Shown piece after piece: positions 1-9,155 of a DNA stretch of 64,000 nucleotides (the stretch's first letter is position 1; every line of letters starts with the position of its first letter). A program made the position numbers and the translations under genes. Source of the DNA: Candidatus Latescibacterota bacterium (GTDB lineage: Bacteria; Latescibacterota; UBA2968; UBA8231). The stretch lies in NCBI GenBank assembly GCA_964291625.2, contig OZ220089.1:3776001-3840000 (forward strand), read 5' to 3'. The notes below the pieces were generated by a model. That model did not search any database and was not told the DNA's origin. It worked only from the letters and a program-made list of their open reading frames with translations.

Positions 1-318
1 GGCCTTGCCGCGCAGGTCCCACAGGGCCAGATCGACGCCGCTGATCGCCATCAGGGCCAGGCCCTTGCGCCCGTAGGCCAGGGTCGACCGGTACATCGCC
101 TCCCACAGGCCCTCCACGTCGGAGGCGTCGGCGCCGAGGAGCAGGGTCCGCAGCTCCTCGTGGATCACATGGATGCCGGCGGCGCCCCCGGCCCCCATGC
201 CGTAGCCCACCATCCCGCCGGCCTCGACGGCCACCGAGAGCTGTCCCAGGCTGCCGCGCCAGTCCCGGGGGGCGCTGGCGGCCTCCGGTTGCGCGGCGCG
301 TACGTCGGTGATTTTCAT
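1..318 (-). CDS. Mandelate racemase/muconate lactonizing enzyme family sugar-acid dehydratase (rhamnonate dehydratase-like), N-terminal part; runs off the window
   Basis: Not in the ORF track. Manual translation from ATG at 318 gives MKITDVRAAQ...GLWEAMYRSTLAYGRKGLALMAISGVDLALWDLRGKA, which contains the enolase-superfamily AISxVDxALWD motif. SD-like GGAGGGAGG lies upstream. Confidence 0.85.
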   Translation of the reverse strand, partial: MKITDVRAAQPEAASAPRDWRGSLGQLSVAVEAGGMVGYGMGAGGAAGIHVIHEELRTLLLGADASDVEGLWEAMYRSTLAYGRKGLALMAISGVDLALWDLRGKA

Positions 319-331
319 GCCTCCCTCCGCC

Positions 332-1126
332 ATGACGATCGACGTCCTCCTCCTCGGCGGCCGGGGCCAGATCGGCTCCGGCCTGCGCATCTACCTGCCG
401 CGCCTCGACCCCGCCTACCGGTGCACCTCCGTCGACCTGCCCGGGTCCCCGGACAAGGCCGCGGGGGCGGCGGCCCGGCAGGAGTTCGTCGACCTCGACA
501 TCGCCGCCGAGCCGGCCCGCGTGCGCGAGCTGATGGCCGGCCGCGACCTGGTCGTCTACCTGGCGCGCCAGGGGTCCCTGCCCGAGATGAACGCCATGAC
601 CGACCGCGTCTTCGAGTCGGTCCTGGCCCAGGAACCGGTGCCCCTGGTCATCGGCGCCAGCTCCGTCCACGCCTGCGACGGCGCCTACAGCGTCAGCGAG
701 GGCCCCTGGTCAATATGGGCCGAGCGCCGCTTCGACGAGCTGGACCCGCCCCCGGAGCGCGTCTCGAGCCTCATCGACGCCTGCCCCACCAACGACTACG
801 GCCGCGAGAAGGCCCACGTCGAGGGCTGGTGCCGGCGGCTGGCCGCCCTCGGCCACGGCGCCGTGGCCGCCCGCTGGGGCGGCGTCAACACCGCCAACGC
901 CATGACCGCGGAGAAGGGCTACTTCGCCCTCTGGTGCCACCAGGAGGACGCGGCCCGGTTCGTCCACGCCTGCTACACCGCCTGGCGCGCCGGGACCCTG
1001 CGCAGCGGCGCCCACTACTTCGTGGTCTCGGACAACACCCGCAACATCTTCGACATCGACCTGCCCCGCCGCGAGATCGGCTACCGGCCGGTGCACGACG
1101 CCGAGGTATTCTACGGCGGGGGGTGA
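332..1126 (+). CDS. NAD-dependent epimerase/dehydratase (extended SDR, uronate dehydrogenase-like)
   Basis: N-terminal GGRGQIG Rossmann motif, ASS motif and YGREK (YxxxK). Start placed at MTIDVLLL. Confidence 0.8.
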   Translation: MTIDVLLLGGRGQIGSGLRIYLPRLDPAYRCTSVDLPGSPDKAAGAAARQEFVDLDIAAEPARVRELMAGRDLVVYLARQGSLPEMNAMTDRVFESVLAQEPVPLVIGASSVHACDGAYSVSEGPWSIWAERRFDELDPPPERVSSLIDACPTNDYGREKAHVEGWCRRLAALGHGAVAARWGGVNTANAMTAEKGYFALWCHQEDAARFVHACYTAWRAGTLRSGAHYFVVSDNTRNIFDIDLPRREIGYRPVHDAEVFYGGG

Positions 1127-1362
1127 GGGGCGAGTCAAAGCTCCGGCCGACGAGAAAGTGGTGTCCCGCCATGGTTGGACGATCTCCTGGCAATAGATTG
1201 GGAATCTGTGAAGCCGGTCAACTCCGGTGGCGGCCATAGACCGACATTTGTCCCGGTGTGGACCCGGTTGTACTCTCGTAGGGTTGGCTCGCCAACGGAA
1301 GGGGAACAACCCGGATCCTCGCCCCCTTTTTCGGTTCGCTAGCCAAGAAAGTGAGATTTGGC

Positions 1363-2304
1363 ATGGAGACACAACGCTACCAACTCCGCATCAGCGGCCT
1401 GAAGGAAGACGAAGGTCAGATCAAGATGACCACTCTTCAGCGGGTCTTGGAGGCCCTCCTCACAACAGCTGAAAGGACCACCCGCTTGCTTGCAACTGGC
1501 GCAGGTAGCGGGAGGGGGGCGAAACCTCGGTGGCTGGACGCCACCATTGATTTTACGGTAACAGGATTGAGGTCCGGATCGACCACTCTCGAGGTAGAGG
1601 CTCCCCAACTTGGTGAGACGGTCTACACGCAGTTCTCCCAAGAGGACTTCTGGAACAAGGTGCCCAGCTTGACGGAGACGGCGGTCGACCTGGCCGCTCA
1701 ATCGATCAACGAGACCCAGACCGATGATCCAGTTGGAGACTACTTTGATAGTTCGGTTCTGGAAGCGATCCTCAAGTTCCGGAAAGCGGCTGGGGTGGAC
1801 GGTGTCCGCTATGAGATGATCCCCCACGGGACAGCAGGGGGAAAATTCGCCTTGGACGACAGTTCTTCCGAATGCATCAAGGAGCGGTTGAGTGACATCC
1901 CGGCTCCAAGATCGTTCATAGTTAGTGGAAGACTCGACGAGATCAAACACGGGAACGGTCGCTTTCGCCTCTTGGTGAGTCCGAGGTCCGCACTCCATGG
2001 AAGGTTGGACACTGCATCATTGAGTGTAGAGGCTTTGCGTTCCCTGTGGGGGAAACAGACCAGCGTGGAGGGGATGGTGCACTTCAAGGCCAATGGCGAA
2101 CCCCGCTTCATCGAGGCTCGCCGGATCAGTAGTCAGCTGGAAGGGGATAGCGTCTTCGAGGAGATGCCATCAGTTCAGACTCAGAAGTCGGATGACCTGT
2201 TTCCGGTGGATGGAAGGCAGTTTGGGGCCTTCGACCCCATTGAGCTTGCGGGAGCATGGCCCGGCAAGGAACCCATCGAGGAGCTCCTGGACCAGCTCGA
2301 TTGA
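1363..2304 (+). CDS. Hypothetical protein upstream of a PIN toxin; possible large antitoxin or partner
   Basis: Long ORF with less GC-biased codon usage. Acidic C-terminal tail WPGKEPIEELLDQLD. Ends 11 nt before the PIN gene. Confidence 0.7.
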   Translation: METQRYQLRISGLKEDEGQIKMTTLQRVLEALLTTAERTTRLLATGAGSGRGAKPRWLDATIDFTVTGLRSGSTTLEVEAPQLGETVYTQFSQEDFWNKVPSLTETAVDLAAQSINETQTDDPVGDYFDSSVLEAILKFRKAAGVDGVRYEMIPHGTAGGKFALDDSSSECIKERLSDIPAPRSFIVSGRLDEIKHGNGRFRLLVSPRSALHGRLDTASLSVEALRSLWGKQTSVEGMVHFKANGEPRFIEARRISSQLEGDSVFEEMPSVQTQKSDDLFPVDGRQFGAFDPIELAGAWPGKEPIEELLDQLD

Positions 2305-2315
2305 GTCATCTGTTC

Positions 2316-2786
2316 ATGGCACGCTTCCTCCTCGACACCAACCTGCTGCTCGGCTTCACCCGGGAGGCACCATGGGCTATGCGGGCTCGCAGAGAGTTCA
2401 ATCTCGGAGACCGGGAAACGATGGTCTTTACCTCTGCTATCTGCCGAGGAGAGATCCTCGCCCTTGCAGAGAAGAATGGTTGGGGTAGCACCAGACGAGC
2501 CCGCCTTGAGCAAGCTCTCAACGGGATCCCCACCCTGGACATCAACAGACCGAGGATTCTGGACGCGTACGCTCGGATTGACGCTTGGACCCATGGTAAG
2601 CCTGTGACTTCTCCGCGAAGTGCGCCGCCGCCCAAGCCGGCTGTGTCGATGAACCAAAATGATCTCTGGCTTGCTGCGACGGCTCACGCAAGCGGGGCGA
2701 CACTCCTGTCCACAGATACAGACTTCGCACATCTGGACGGCATATGGCTGAGGTTCGTCTATGTAGATCAACAAGGGCTGAGTTGA
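2316..2786 (+). CDS. vapC: PIN-domain (VapC-like) ribonuclease toxin
   Basis: LLDTN at the N-terminus, GE, NDLWLAATA and LLSTDTDF: the acidic PIN active-site pattern. Confidence 0.85.
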   Translation: MARFLLDTNLLLGFTREAPWAMRARREFNLGDRETMVFTSAICRGEILALAEKNGWGSTRRARLEQALNGIPTLDINRPRILDAYARIDAWTHGKPVTSPRSAPPPKPAVSMNQNDLWLAATAHASGATLLSTDTDFAHLDGIWLRFVYVDQQGLS

Positions 2787-2848
2787 TCATCGAAGTCTCA
2801 GAAGACACGCTGCCGAACATGACGGCCGGGGGACTTGAAAGAGCCTGA

Positions 2849-2877
2849 TTGACGAAGTTCGGTCACCTCCTTACCCT
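2849..2877 (+). promoter_or_regulatory. Sigma70-like promoter for the aspS leader
   Basis: TTGACG (2849-2854), 17-nt spacer, TACCCT (2872-2877, TAnnnT). Confidence 0.55.
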
Positions 2878-2880
2878 CGA

Positions 2881-2973
2881 ATGACCATGACCACCCGTCA
2901 GAACGCCTTCACGCAGGACAATCCGACCAACTCGGGCGATAATAATCCGCCCGCCCCATCACGCGTGTTCTGA
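2881..2973 (+). CDS. Putative Asn/Asp-rich attenuator leader peptide ([30 protein letters not shown]); alternative start at 2887
   Basis: 30-codon ORF with 5 Asn and 2 Asp codons, including tandem GAT-AAT-AAT at 2938-2946. Its 3' end overlaps the antiterminator strand. Confidence 0.7.
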   Translation: MTMTTRQNAFTQDNPTNSGDNNPPAPSRVF

Positions 2974-3006
2974 CGACCCGCTCCAACTCCGATCCAGGAG
3001 ATCCCG

Positions 3007-3040
3007 ACCCGTCGCGAACACGCATCGCGGCGGGTTTTTT
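3007..3040 (+). terminator. Intrinsic terminator (attenuator) in the aspS 5' leader
   Basis: 11-bp stem ACCCGTCGCGA / TCGCGGCGGGT (one G-U pair), 7-nt loop, then TTTTTT, ending 33 nt before the aspS ATG. Confidence 0.85.
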
Positions 3041-3073
3041 CGTGCCCATTCCGCAACCGGGAGACCGACTGAC

Positions 3074-4834
3074 ATGCATCCCTATCGCACGCACACATGC
3101 GGCGAGCTCCGCAGGCATCACGCGGGCCGGACCGTTCGCCTGAGCGGCTGGGTCCACCGCAGGAGGGACCACGGCGGCGTGCTCTTCCTGGACCTGCGCG
3201 ACCACTACGGCATCACCCAGCTCGTGGTCTCTCCGGAGAGCGACTTCGCCGCCAATGCGGCCAGGGTCCCCCGCGAGTCGGTGATCCGCGCCGAGGGCGA
3301 GGTGCGCGAACGGTCTCCCGAGGCGGTCAACAGGGCCATGGAGACCGGAGAGGTGGAGATCGCCGTGGGCGGGCTGGAGGTGCTGTCCGCGGCCGAGCCG
3401 CTCCCCTTCCCGGTGGCGGAGGAGACCGAGACAGGGGAGGGCCTGCGGCTGTCCTATCGATTTCTGGACTTGCGTCGCGCCGGGCTGCATCGGCGGATCC
3501 AGCTCCGCTCGGAGGTGATCGCCAGCATCCGGCGGCGCATGACGGCGATGGGCTTCGCCGAGTTCCAGACCCCGGTGCTCACCAGCAGCTCGCCCGAGGG
3601 AGCGCGCGACTACCTCGTGCCGAGCCGCCTCTACCCCGGCCGCTTCTACGCCCTGCCCCAGTCGCCGCAGCAGTTCAAGCAGCTGCTGATGGTCTCCGGC
3701 TTCGACCGCTACTTCCAGATCGCGCCCTGCTTCCGCGACGAGGATGCCCGGGCCGACCGCTCCCCCGGGGAGCACTACCAGTGCGACCTGGAGATGGCCT
3801 TCGTCGAGCAGGAGGACGTCTTGGCCGTGGTCGAGGAGCTGTTCTCCGGTCTGTTCCGGGAGTTCACCGACTGGCAGGTGACCGCCCAGCCCTTCCCCCG
3901 TTTCTCCCATGCCGAGGCGATGCTGCGCTTCGGCACGGACAAGCCGGACCTGCGCTTCGGGCTCGAGATCCAGGACCTGTCACACATTTTCGCGGAATCC
4001 TCATTCAGAATGTTCCGGGGAATGGTCGAGAAAGGTGGGGTCGTGCGCGCCCTGTGCGTTCCCGGACTCGAGGCCCGGCCGCGCTCGCTCTTCGACGGTC
4101 TCGAGGCGTTCGTGAAGGACTCGGGCGGTCAGGGGCTGGCCTGGCTCATCAGCGGGGCTGAGCCCACGGGGTCGATCGCCGCGGCCCTGGAAGAGAGCAC
4201 GATCCAACGCATCACCGAGGCGTGCTCGGCCGGCCCGGGGTCGGCGGTCTTCCTCATCGCGGGATCGCCGGAGGAGGCGCCGAACCTGGCGGGACGGCTG
4301 CGCCTGCATCTGGCGGACCGGCTCGACCTGCGCCGGGAGGGGTGCTACGAATTCTGCTGGATCGTCGACTTCCCGATGTACGAGTGGGACGAGGAACGGG
4401 ACTGCGCCGCCTTCTCGCACAACCCCTTCTCCATGCCCCAGGGCGGGATGGAGGCCCTGGAGACGCGGCCACCCCTGGAGATCAAGGCGTACCAGTACGA
4501 CATCGTCTGCAACGGCGTGGAGCTGTCGAGCGGCGCCATCCGCAACCACCGTCCGGACATCATGTACAAGGCCTTCGAGATCGCCGGGTACCCTCGCCAG
4601 GAGGTGGAGCGCCGGTTCGGGTGCATGATCCGCGCCCTGCACTACGGCGCTCCGCCCCACGGCGGCATCGCCCCGGGCATCGACCGCATCGTCATGCTCT
4701 TGGCGGACGAGCTGAACATCCGGGAGGTGATCGCCTTCCCCATGAACCAGCACGCCCAGGACCCGCTCATGGGGGCTCCGGGGGAGGTCTCCGCCGAGCA
4801 GCTCCGAGAGCTTCACCTGGCGGTGCGGGATTGA
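3074..4834 (+). CDS. aspS: Aspartate--tRNA ligase, probably non-discriminating (Asp/Asn)
   Basis: [57 protein letters not shown] and [14 protein letters not shown]. His in RRDHGG is the residue typical of non-discriminating AspRS. Confidence 0.97.
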   Translation: MHPYRTHTCGELRRHHAGRTVRLSGWVHRRRDHGGVLFLDLRDHYGITQLVVSPESDFAANAARVPRESVIRAEGEVRERSPEAVNRAMETGEVEIAVGGLEVLSAAEPLPFPVAEETETGEGLRLSYRFLDLRRAGLHRRIQLRSEVIASIRRRMTAMGFAEFQTPVLTSSSPEGARDYLVPSRLYPGRFYALPQSPQQFKQLLMVSGFDRYFQIAPCFRDEDARADRSPGEHYQCDLEMAFVEQEDVLAVVEELFSGLFREFTDWQVTAQPFPRFSHAEAMLRFGTDKPDLRFGLEIQDLSHIFAESSFRMFRGMVEKGGVVRALCVPGLEARPRSLFDGLEAFVKDSGGQGLAWLISGAEPTGSIAAALEESTIQRITEACSAGPGSAVFLIAGSPEEAPNLAGRLRLHLADRLDLRREGCYEFCWIVDFPMYEWDEERDCAAFSHNPFSMPQGGMEALETRPPLEIKAYQYDIVCNGVELSSGAIRNHRPDIMYKAFEIAGYPRQEVERRFGCMIRALHYGAPPHGGIAPGIDRIVMLLADELNIREVIAFPMNQHAQDPLMGAPGEVSAEQLRELHLAVRD

Positions 4835-4917
4835 CCGCCCCATCCCCCTTGCCACTGTTCCACACCCCCCTCGACCTTCGACCCCTCTCCCGCATGAACC
4901 GAGGAAGAAGGTGAGGG

Positions 4918-5450
4918 ATGACCGAAGCCCGAAAGACCGTCAGGCTGTACGAAGCCCTGGAGCTGCGGGCCGAGTACGACGGCCGCATCAAGACCCTGCG
5001 CGACTGCCTGCCCGAGTCGCGCCAGAACCGGGGGCTGTTCTCCCGGGACAACGACTCCTCGCGCCGGCCGGCTCCCGGCTTCAGCCTCTCCGGGGCGCGG
5101 GACCAGCTGCGCGCCCTCGAGTTCAAGCGCCGCAAGCTGAACGCGGCGATCCAGCGGGCCAACTTCGAGCACCGCCTGGAGCACGAGGGGGATGACCTGA
5201 GCCTCACCGAGGCCCTGGAGACGCGCAAGGCGCTCAACGAGCGCCTCGGGGAGCTGCACACGCAGGTCGTCGACTCCGCGTACGAGCGCGTCCTCCACAA
5301 GGAGGAGCGGGACATCGTCGAGGAGAGCGAGCTGCCCTACGCCGACTGCCTCACCCGGCTGGACGAGGCGCGCGTCGAGTTCCGGCGGCTCAACCGGCGG
5401 ATCCGGCGGCCTCCTTCGAAGTCGAGGTGGAGTTCGCCGACGAGCGGTAG
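4918..5450 (+). CDS. DIP1984/DUF6847-like helical protein; apparent 1-nt frameshift near 5405, true stop probably TAG at 5448-5450
   Basis: Internally duplicated motifs RLYEALELRAE / SLTEALETRKA and RKLNAAIQRANF / RRLNRRIR(AASF). Adding one G restores the ending AASFEVEVEFADER*. Confidence 0.7.
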
Positions 5451-5457
5451 CACCTCC

Positions 5458-5652
5458 GAACGGAAGAGACAGGGGAGCAAGCGCGACTGCGCCGGCGACG
5501 GCGCATAGCCCAGGAGCGGCGCGCACTGCGACGCGTGTCTCGGGGATGACAACCTACGGTCCGGCCAAGCCGCTCAACGACTCAGCGGCAGACCCCTGAG
5601 CACGGGCAGCCCCTCAGCGAAACAGCCACAGGGCTCCGCGTCTCTTCCGTTC
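5458..5652 (+). ncRNA. Candidate structured ncRNA (~195 nt) downstream of the DIP1984-like gene
   Basis: Perfect 13-bp closing stem GAACGGAAGAGAC (5458-5470) / GTCTCTTCCGTTC (5640-5652). Internal 7-bp hairpin TGCGCCG-GCGA-CGGCGCA with a GNRA loop (5488-5505). ~8-nt periodic tract at 5568-5631. Confidence 0.6.
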
Positions 5653-5864
5653 AAAGTCCGCACAGAAAGTCCCAACACCCGGCCCGCTCCGTCCGTCGTC
5701 ATGCAGGAGAGCCGGGGCCCGGATGGGGGGTCGCCGCGGCCCCGGCCGCACTCTTGCCATCGTTTGCAGGCCATCGCCCCGGGCCGCCTTGACACTGTTT
5801 CAGGGCTCCGGGCAGCTTCGATTCGTCCCGGCCAACAACCGTATCCTCAACCCGAAGGACGGCG

Positions 5865-8384
5865 ATGCACCGACTCATCGCGGTGCTGGCCGCCGCGCTC
5901 CTCTTCGCAGGGGCCGTGGGCGCCGGCGCCGACGAACAGCACTCTCACACGGACACCAGCGATGCCCGCATGGAGGGCTGGATGGCCCATCCCCAGCGCA
6001 CGGCCCGCGCCCTGCGGGCGGAGACGCCGCCGCGCCTCGACGGGGTCCTCGACGAGGAGGTCTGGCTGCGCGCCCCGGTTCACGAGGGGTTCACCCAGAG
6101 CGACCCGGACCAGGGCGAGCCGGCATCGCTGCGCACGACCTTCCAGGTGGCCTACGACGACGACGCCCTCTACATCGGCGGCATCTGCTACGACGATCCA
6201 GACAGCGTCACCGCCCGGCTGGCGCGGCGGGACGAGTGGCGCGAGCGCGACTTCTTCGAGGTCAGCCTCGACCCCCACCACGACCACCAGACGGGGGTCT
6301 GGTTCACCGTCGGGCCCTCGGGCTGGCTCGGGGACGGGATCCTCTACAACGACGAGGACTACGACGACGGCTGGGACAGCGTCGCCGAGGTGGCCACGGC
6401 GAGGCGCGCCGACGGCTGGAGCCTGGAGCTGAAGATCCCCTACCACGTCCTGCGCTTCGGCGAGCAGGAGACCTACACCTGGGGGATCAACGTCTTCCGC
6501 AAGGTCTCCCGCCGCGCCGAGTGGACGGCGTGGAGCTTCACGCCCCGGGGGGTCACCGGCTACGCCTCGCGCTTCGGACACCTGGAGGGGATCGAGGGCA
6601 TCCGGCCGCACCGCAGCCTCGAGGTCCTGCCTTTCGCCCTCGGCCGCGGCACCCTGTCGCAGGGAGCCGCCGGCGATAACGACCTGTTCTCCTCGGCCGG
6701 CGTCGACCTGCGCTACGGCCTGTCGTCCAACATCTCCCTCAACGCCACCGTCAACCCGGACTTCGGCCAGGTCGAGGGCGACCCGGCGGTGCTCAACCTG
6801 GGGGTATTCGAGACCTTCCTCCGCGAGCGCCGGCCCTTCTTTCTGGAGGGCATCCAGATCTTCGAGTCGCCCGGGCCGTTCATCGTCAGCATCAACAAGC
6901 CCTCCACCCTGTTCCACTCGCGGCGCATCGGCCGGGCGCCCTCCCGCTTCGACCTGCCCGACGACAGCGACGAGGTCGAGCGGCCGGAAAACACCACGAT
7001 CCTCGGCGCCGCCAAGATCTCGGGAAAGACCGCCGGGCGCACCGCCTTCGGCCTGCTCAACGCCGTCACCGGCCGCGAGCGGGCCCTCGTCGAACAGCGC
7101 CTCACCGTCGCCGAGACGGGCCTGGTCGACACGGTGCGCCGCCGCGTCGAGGTCGAGCCCCTCACCAACTACTTCATCGGCCGAGTGCAGCAGGATCTGC
7201 TCACCAGCTCCACCGCCGGGGCCCAGCTCACCGCGGTCAACGGCGCCGGCTTCGAGCCCGCCTACGTCGGGGCCGGGGACGTGCACCTCAGGTGGGGGGA
7301 CAACGCCTACCGGCTCTACAGCCGCTTCGCCGCCAGCCTCGCCGGGCAGGAGGAGGAGCGGGGCAGCGGCTGGGAGGGGGCCCTCTACTTCCAGAAGTCG
7401 GGGGGCGCCTTCGGCGGTCAGGCCTACATGGACGCCAACTCGCCCGGCTTCGAGGCCAACGACCTGGGCTACATGCGGCGCAACGACCGCATTCAGGCCG
7501 GCGTCCACGTCTACCACGACAGGCTCGACCCCTGGTGGCTGGCCCGCCGCTCCGGGTTCAACCTCAATGCCTGGACCCACTGGAACTTCGACGGCGAGCG
7601 CATCTGGCGGGGCGTCAACTTCAACACCTGGAACAACCTCCACAACTACTGGGGGTTCTGGATGGGCGTCAGCCGCAACCTCGCCGCCGTCGACGACCTG
7701 GTCACCCGCGGCGGCCCCCCGATGGTCTCACCGGCCAGCACCTGGATCGGCATGAACGTGTGGGCCGACGACCGCAAGCCGGTGAGCGGCCGGCTCTGGT
7801 CGAACCTCAGGTGGGGCCGGGGCGGCGACAACCTGGGCACGTGGGTGGGGTTCAACCTCGAGTTGCGCCCCATGTCGCGGCTGTCCCTGGAGGTCGGGCC
7901 GGGCTACGGCTACGACCGCAACTTCGCCCAGTGGGTGGAGAGCAGCGACGACGACGGCGACGGCGAGGACGACCGCTTCGTCTTCGGCGAGCTGGAGAGC
8001 CGCGTCCTCGAGGTCGGCCTGCGCGGCGACTGGGCCTTCACGCCGGCCCTGAGCCTGCAGCTCTACCTGCAGCCCTTCGTGACCACCGGCGACTACGGCG
8101 CCATCAAGGAGCTGGCGAGGCCGCGCTCGTACGAGTTTCTCCCCTACGACGGCCTCGAGGAGAACCCCGACTTCCACCGCCGCGCCCTGCGATCCAACCT
8201 GGTCCTGCGCTGGGAGTACCGGCCCGGCAGCACCCTCTTCGCCGTCTGGCAGCAGAGCCGGGACCGCGACTTCGACGGGGTCCGCGACCCCCGGTTCCGG
8301 CCCGCCGGCGACCTGACCCGCGCCTTCGCCGACGACGGCGACAGCATCTTCCTGATCAAGCTCAACCGCTGGTTCGGGCTGTAG
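5865..8384 (+). CDS. Secreted/outer-membrane protein with CBM9-like N-terminal domain and DUF5916 domain
   Basis: Signal peptide; P.LDGVLDE.VW; YDDDALYIG; W..ELKIP; TVNPDFGQVE.D; E.RPFFLEG; C-terminal NLVLRWEYRPGSTLF.VW. Confidence 0.85.
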   Translation: MHRLIAVLAAALLFAGAVGAGADEQHSHTDTSDARMEGWMAHPQRTARALRAETPPRLDGVLDEEVWLRAPVHEGFTQSDPDQGEPASLRTTFQVAYDDDALYIGGICYDDPDSVTARLARRDEWRERDFFEVSLDPHHDHQTGVWFTVGPSGWLGDGILYNDEDYDDGWDSVAEVATARRADGWSLELKIPYHVLRFGEQETYTWGINVFRKVSRRAEWTAWSFTPRGVTGYASRFGHLEGIEGIRPHRSLEVLPFALGRGTLSQGAAGDNDLFSSAGVDLRYGLSSNISLNATVNPDFGQVEGDPAVLNLGVFETFLRERRPFFLEGIQIFESPGPFIVSINKPSTLFHSRRIGRAPSRFDLPDDSDEVERPENTTILGAAKISGKTAGRTAFGLLNAVTGRERALVEQRLTVAETGLVDTVRRRVEVEPLTNYFIGRVQQDLLTSSTAGAQLTAVNGAGFEPAYVGAGDVHLRWGDNAYRLYSRFAASLAGQEEERGSGWEGALYFQKSGGAFGGQAYMDANSPGFEANDLGYMRRNDRIQAGVHVYHDRLDPWWLARRSGFNLNAWTHWNFDGERIWRGVNFNTWNNLHNYWGFWMGVSRNLAAVDDLVTRGGPPMVSPASTWIGMNVWADDRKPVSGRLWSNLRWGRGGDNLGTWVGFNLELRPMSRLSLEVGPGYGYDRNFAQWVESSDDDGDGEDDRFVFGELESRVLEVGLRGDWAFTPALSLQLYLQPFVTTGDYGAIKELARPRSYEFLPYDGLEENPDFHRRALRSNLVLRWEYRPGSTLFAVWQQSRDRDFDGVRDPRFRPAGDLTRAFADDGDSIFLIKLNRWFGL

Positions 8385-8400
8385 GCGGCTGACGAGAGCC

Positions 8401-8426
8401 GACTTAGCCATATCCTTGGCTAAGTC
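8401..8426. promoter_or_regulatory. Palindromic operator for toxin-antitoxin autoregulation
   Basis: Perfect 10-bp inverted repeat GACTTAGCCA-N6-TGGCTAAGTC, whose spacer TATCCT resembles a -10 box. Ends 20 nt before the antitoxin start. Confidence 0.7.
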
Positions 8427-8446
8427 ATGGCGAAAGGAGTCCAAGG

Positions 8447-8680
8447 ATGTCGGCCGTCAACGTCCATGAAGCCAAGACCCAGCTCTCCCGCCTCCTGGCC
8501 CGGGCCGAGGCGGGCGAAGAGGTCGTGATCGCCCGCAACGGAGTACCGGTCGCTCGGCTCGTTCCCTGCGAGAGTCTTCCGGGAGTGCGGCGGTTCGGCG
8601 CGATGAAGGGCAAGTTCGTCGTCGACGACGGTTTCTTCGACCCCCTCCCGGAAGCGGAGCTGGCCGCCTGGGGATCCTGA
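8447..8680 (+). CDS. Phd/YefM family antitoxin
   Basis: VNVHEAKTQLSRLL..AEAGEEVVIARNGVPVARLVP signature. Confidence 0.92.
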   Translation: MSAVNVHEAKTQLSRLLARAEAGEEVVIARNGVPVARLVPCESLPGVRRFGAMKGKFVVDDGFFDPLPEAELAAWGS

Positions 8681-8686
8681 GTCCCC

Positions 8687-9071
8687 GTGCGCGTTCTGCT
8701 CGACACCCATGCCTTCCTTTGGTGGCTGGCCGGCAGCGACAGCCTGTCCGGGGCCGCGCGCCGCGATCGGCGATCCGGAGAAGGACATCCTCGTGAGCGC
8801 CGCCTCCGCCTGGGAGATCGCCGTGAAGCATCGCCTGGGCAAGCTCCCCGGCGCCGAGGATGTGGCGCTCGACGTGGCCGGCTGCATCGCGGGCCAGGGG
8901 TTCCTGGAGCTGCCGATCACCGTACGAAACGGCGGGCGCGCCGGCCGCCTGCCGGGACCGCATCGCGACCCCTTCGACCGCATGCTGATCGCCCAGGCCC
9001 TCGCCCTCGACCTCCCCCTCGTGTCGCTGGAGACGCTCTTCGACCGGTATGGCGTGACCCGCATCTGGTAA
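8687..9071 (+). CDS. vapC: PIN/VapC toxin, frameshifted near 8760
   Basis: VLLDTHAFLWW in one frame; VSAASAWEIAVK and HRDPFDRMLIAQA in another. The break lies in a GCGCGC run. Confidence 0.85.
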
Positions 9072-9155
9072 GCCGACCGCGAGCAGGGTCGAATGGCGGA
9101 GGCTTCCGGGCTTCCTGCGCGAGCGACAGCCCGGAAGCTGAGCGATGCGTCGGCG

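Noticed and set aside
2881-3073. T-box riboswitch upstream of aspS
   Set aside because: No T-box bulge motif (TGGnACCGCG) or stem I seen, and the leader is too short; the leader-peptide model explains the hairpins.
5568-5631. CRISPR-like array
   Set aside because: Units are only ~8 nt and degenerate, with no spacers and no cas genes.
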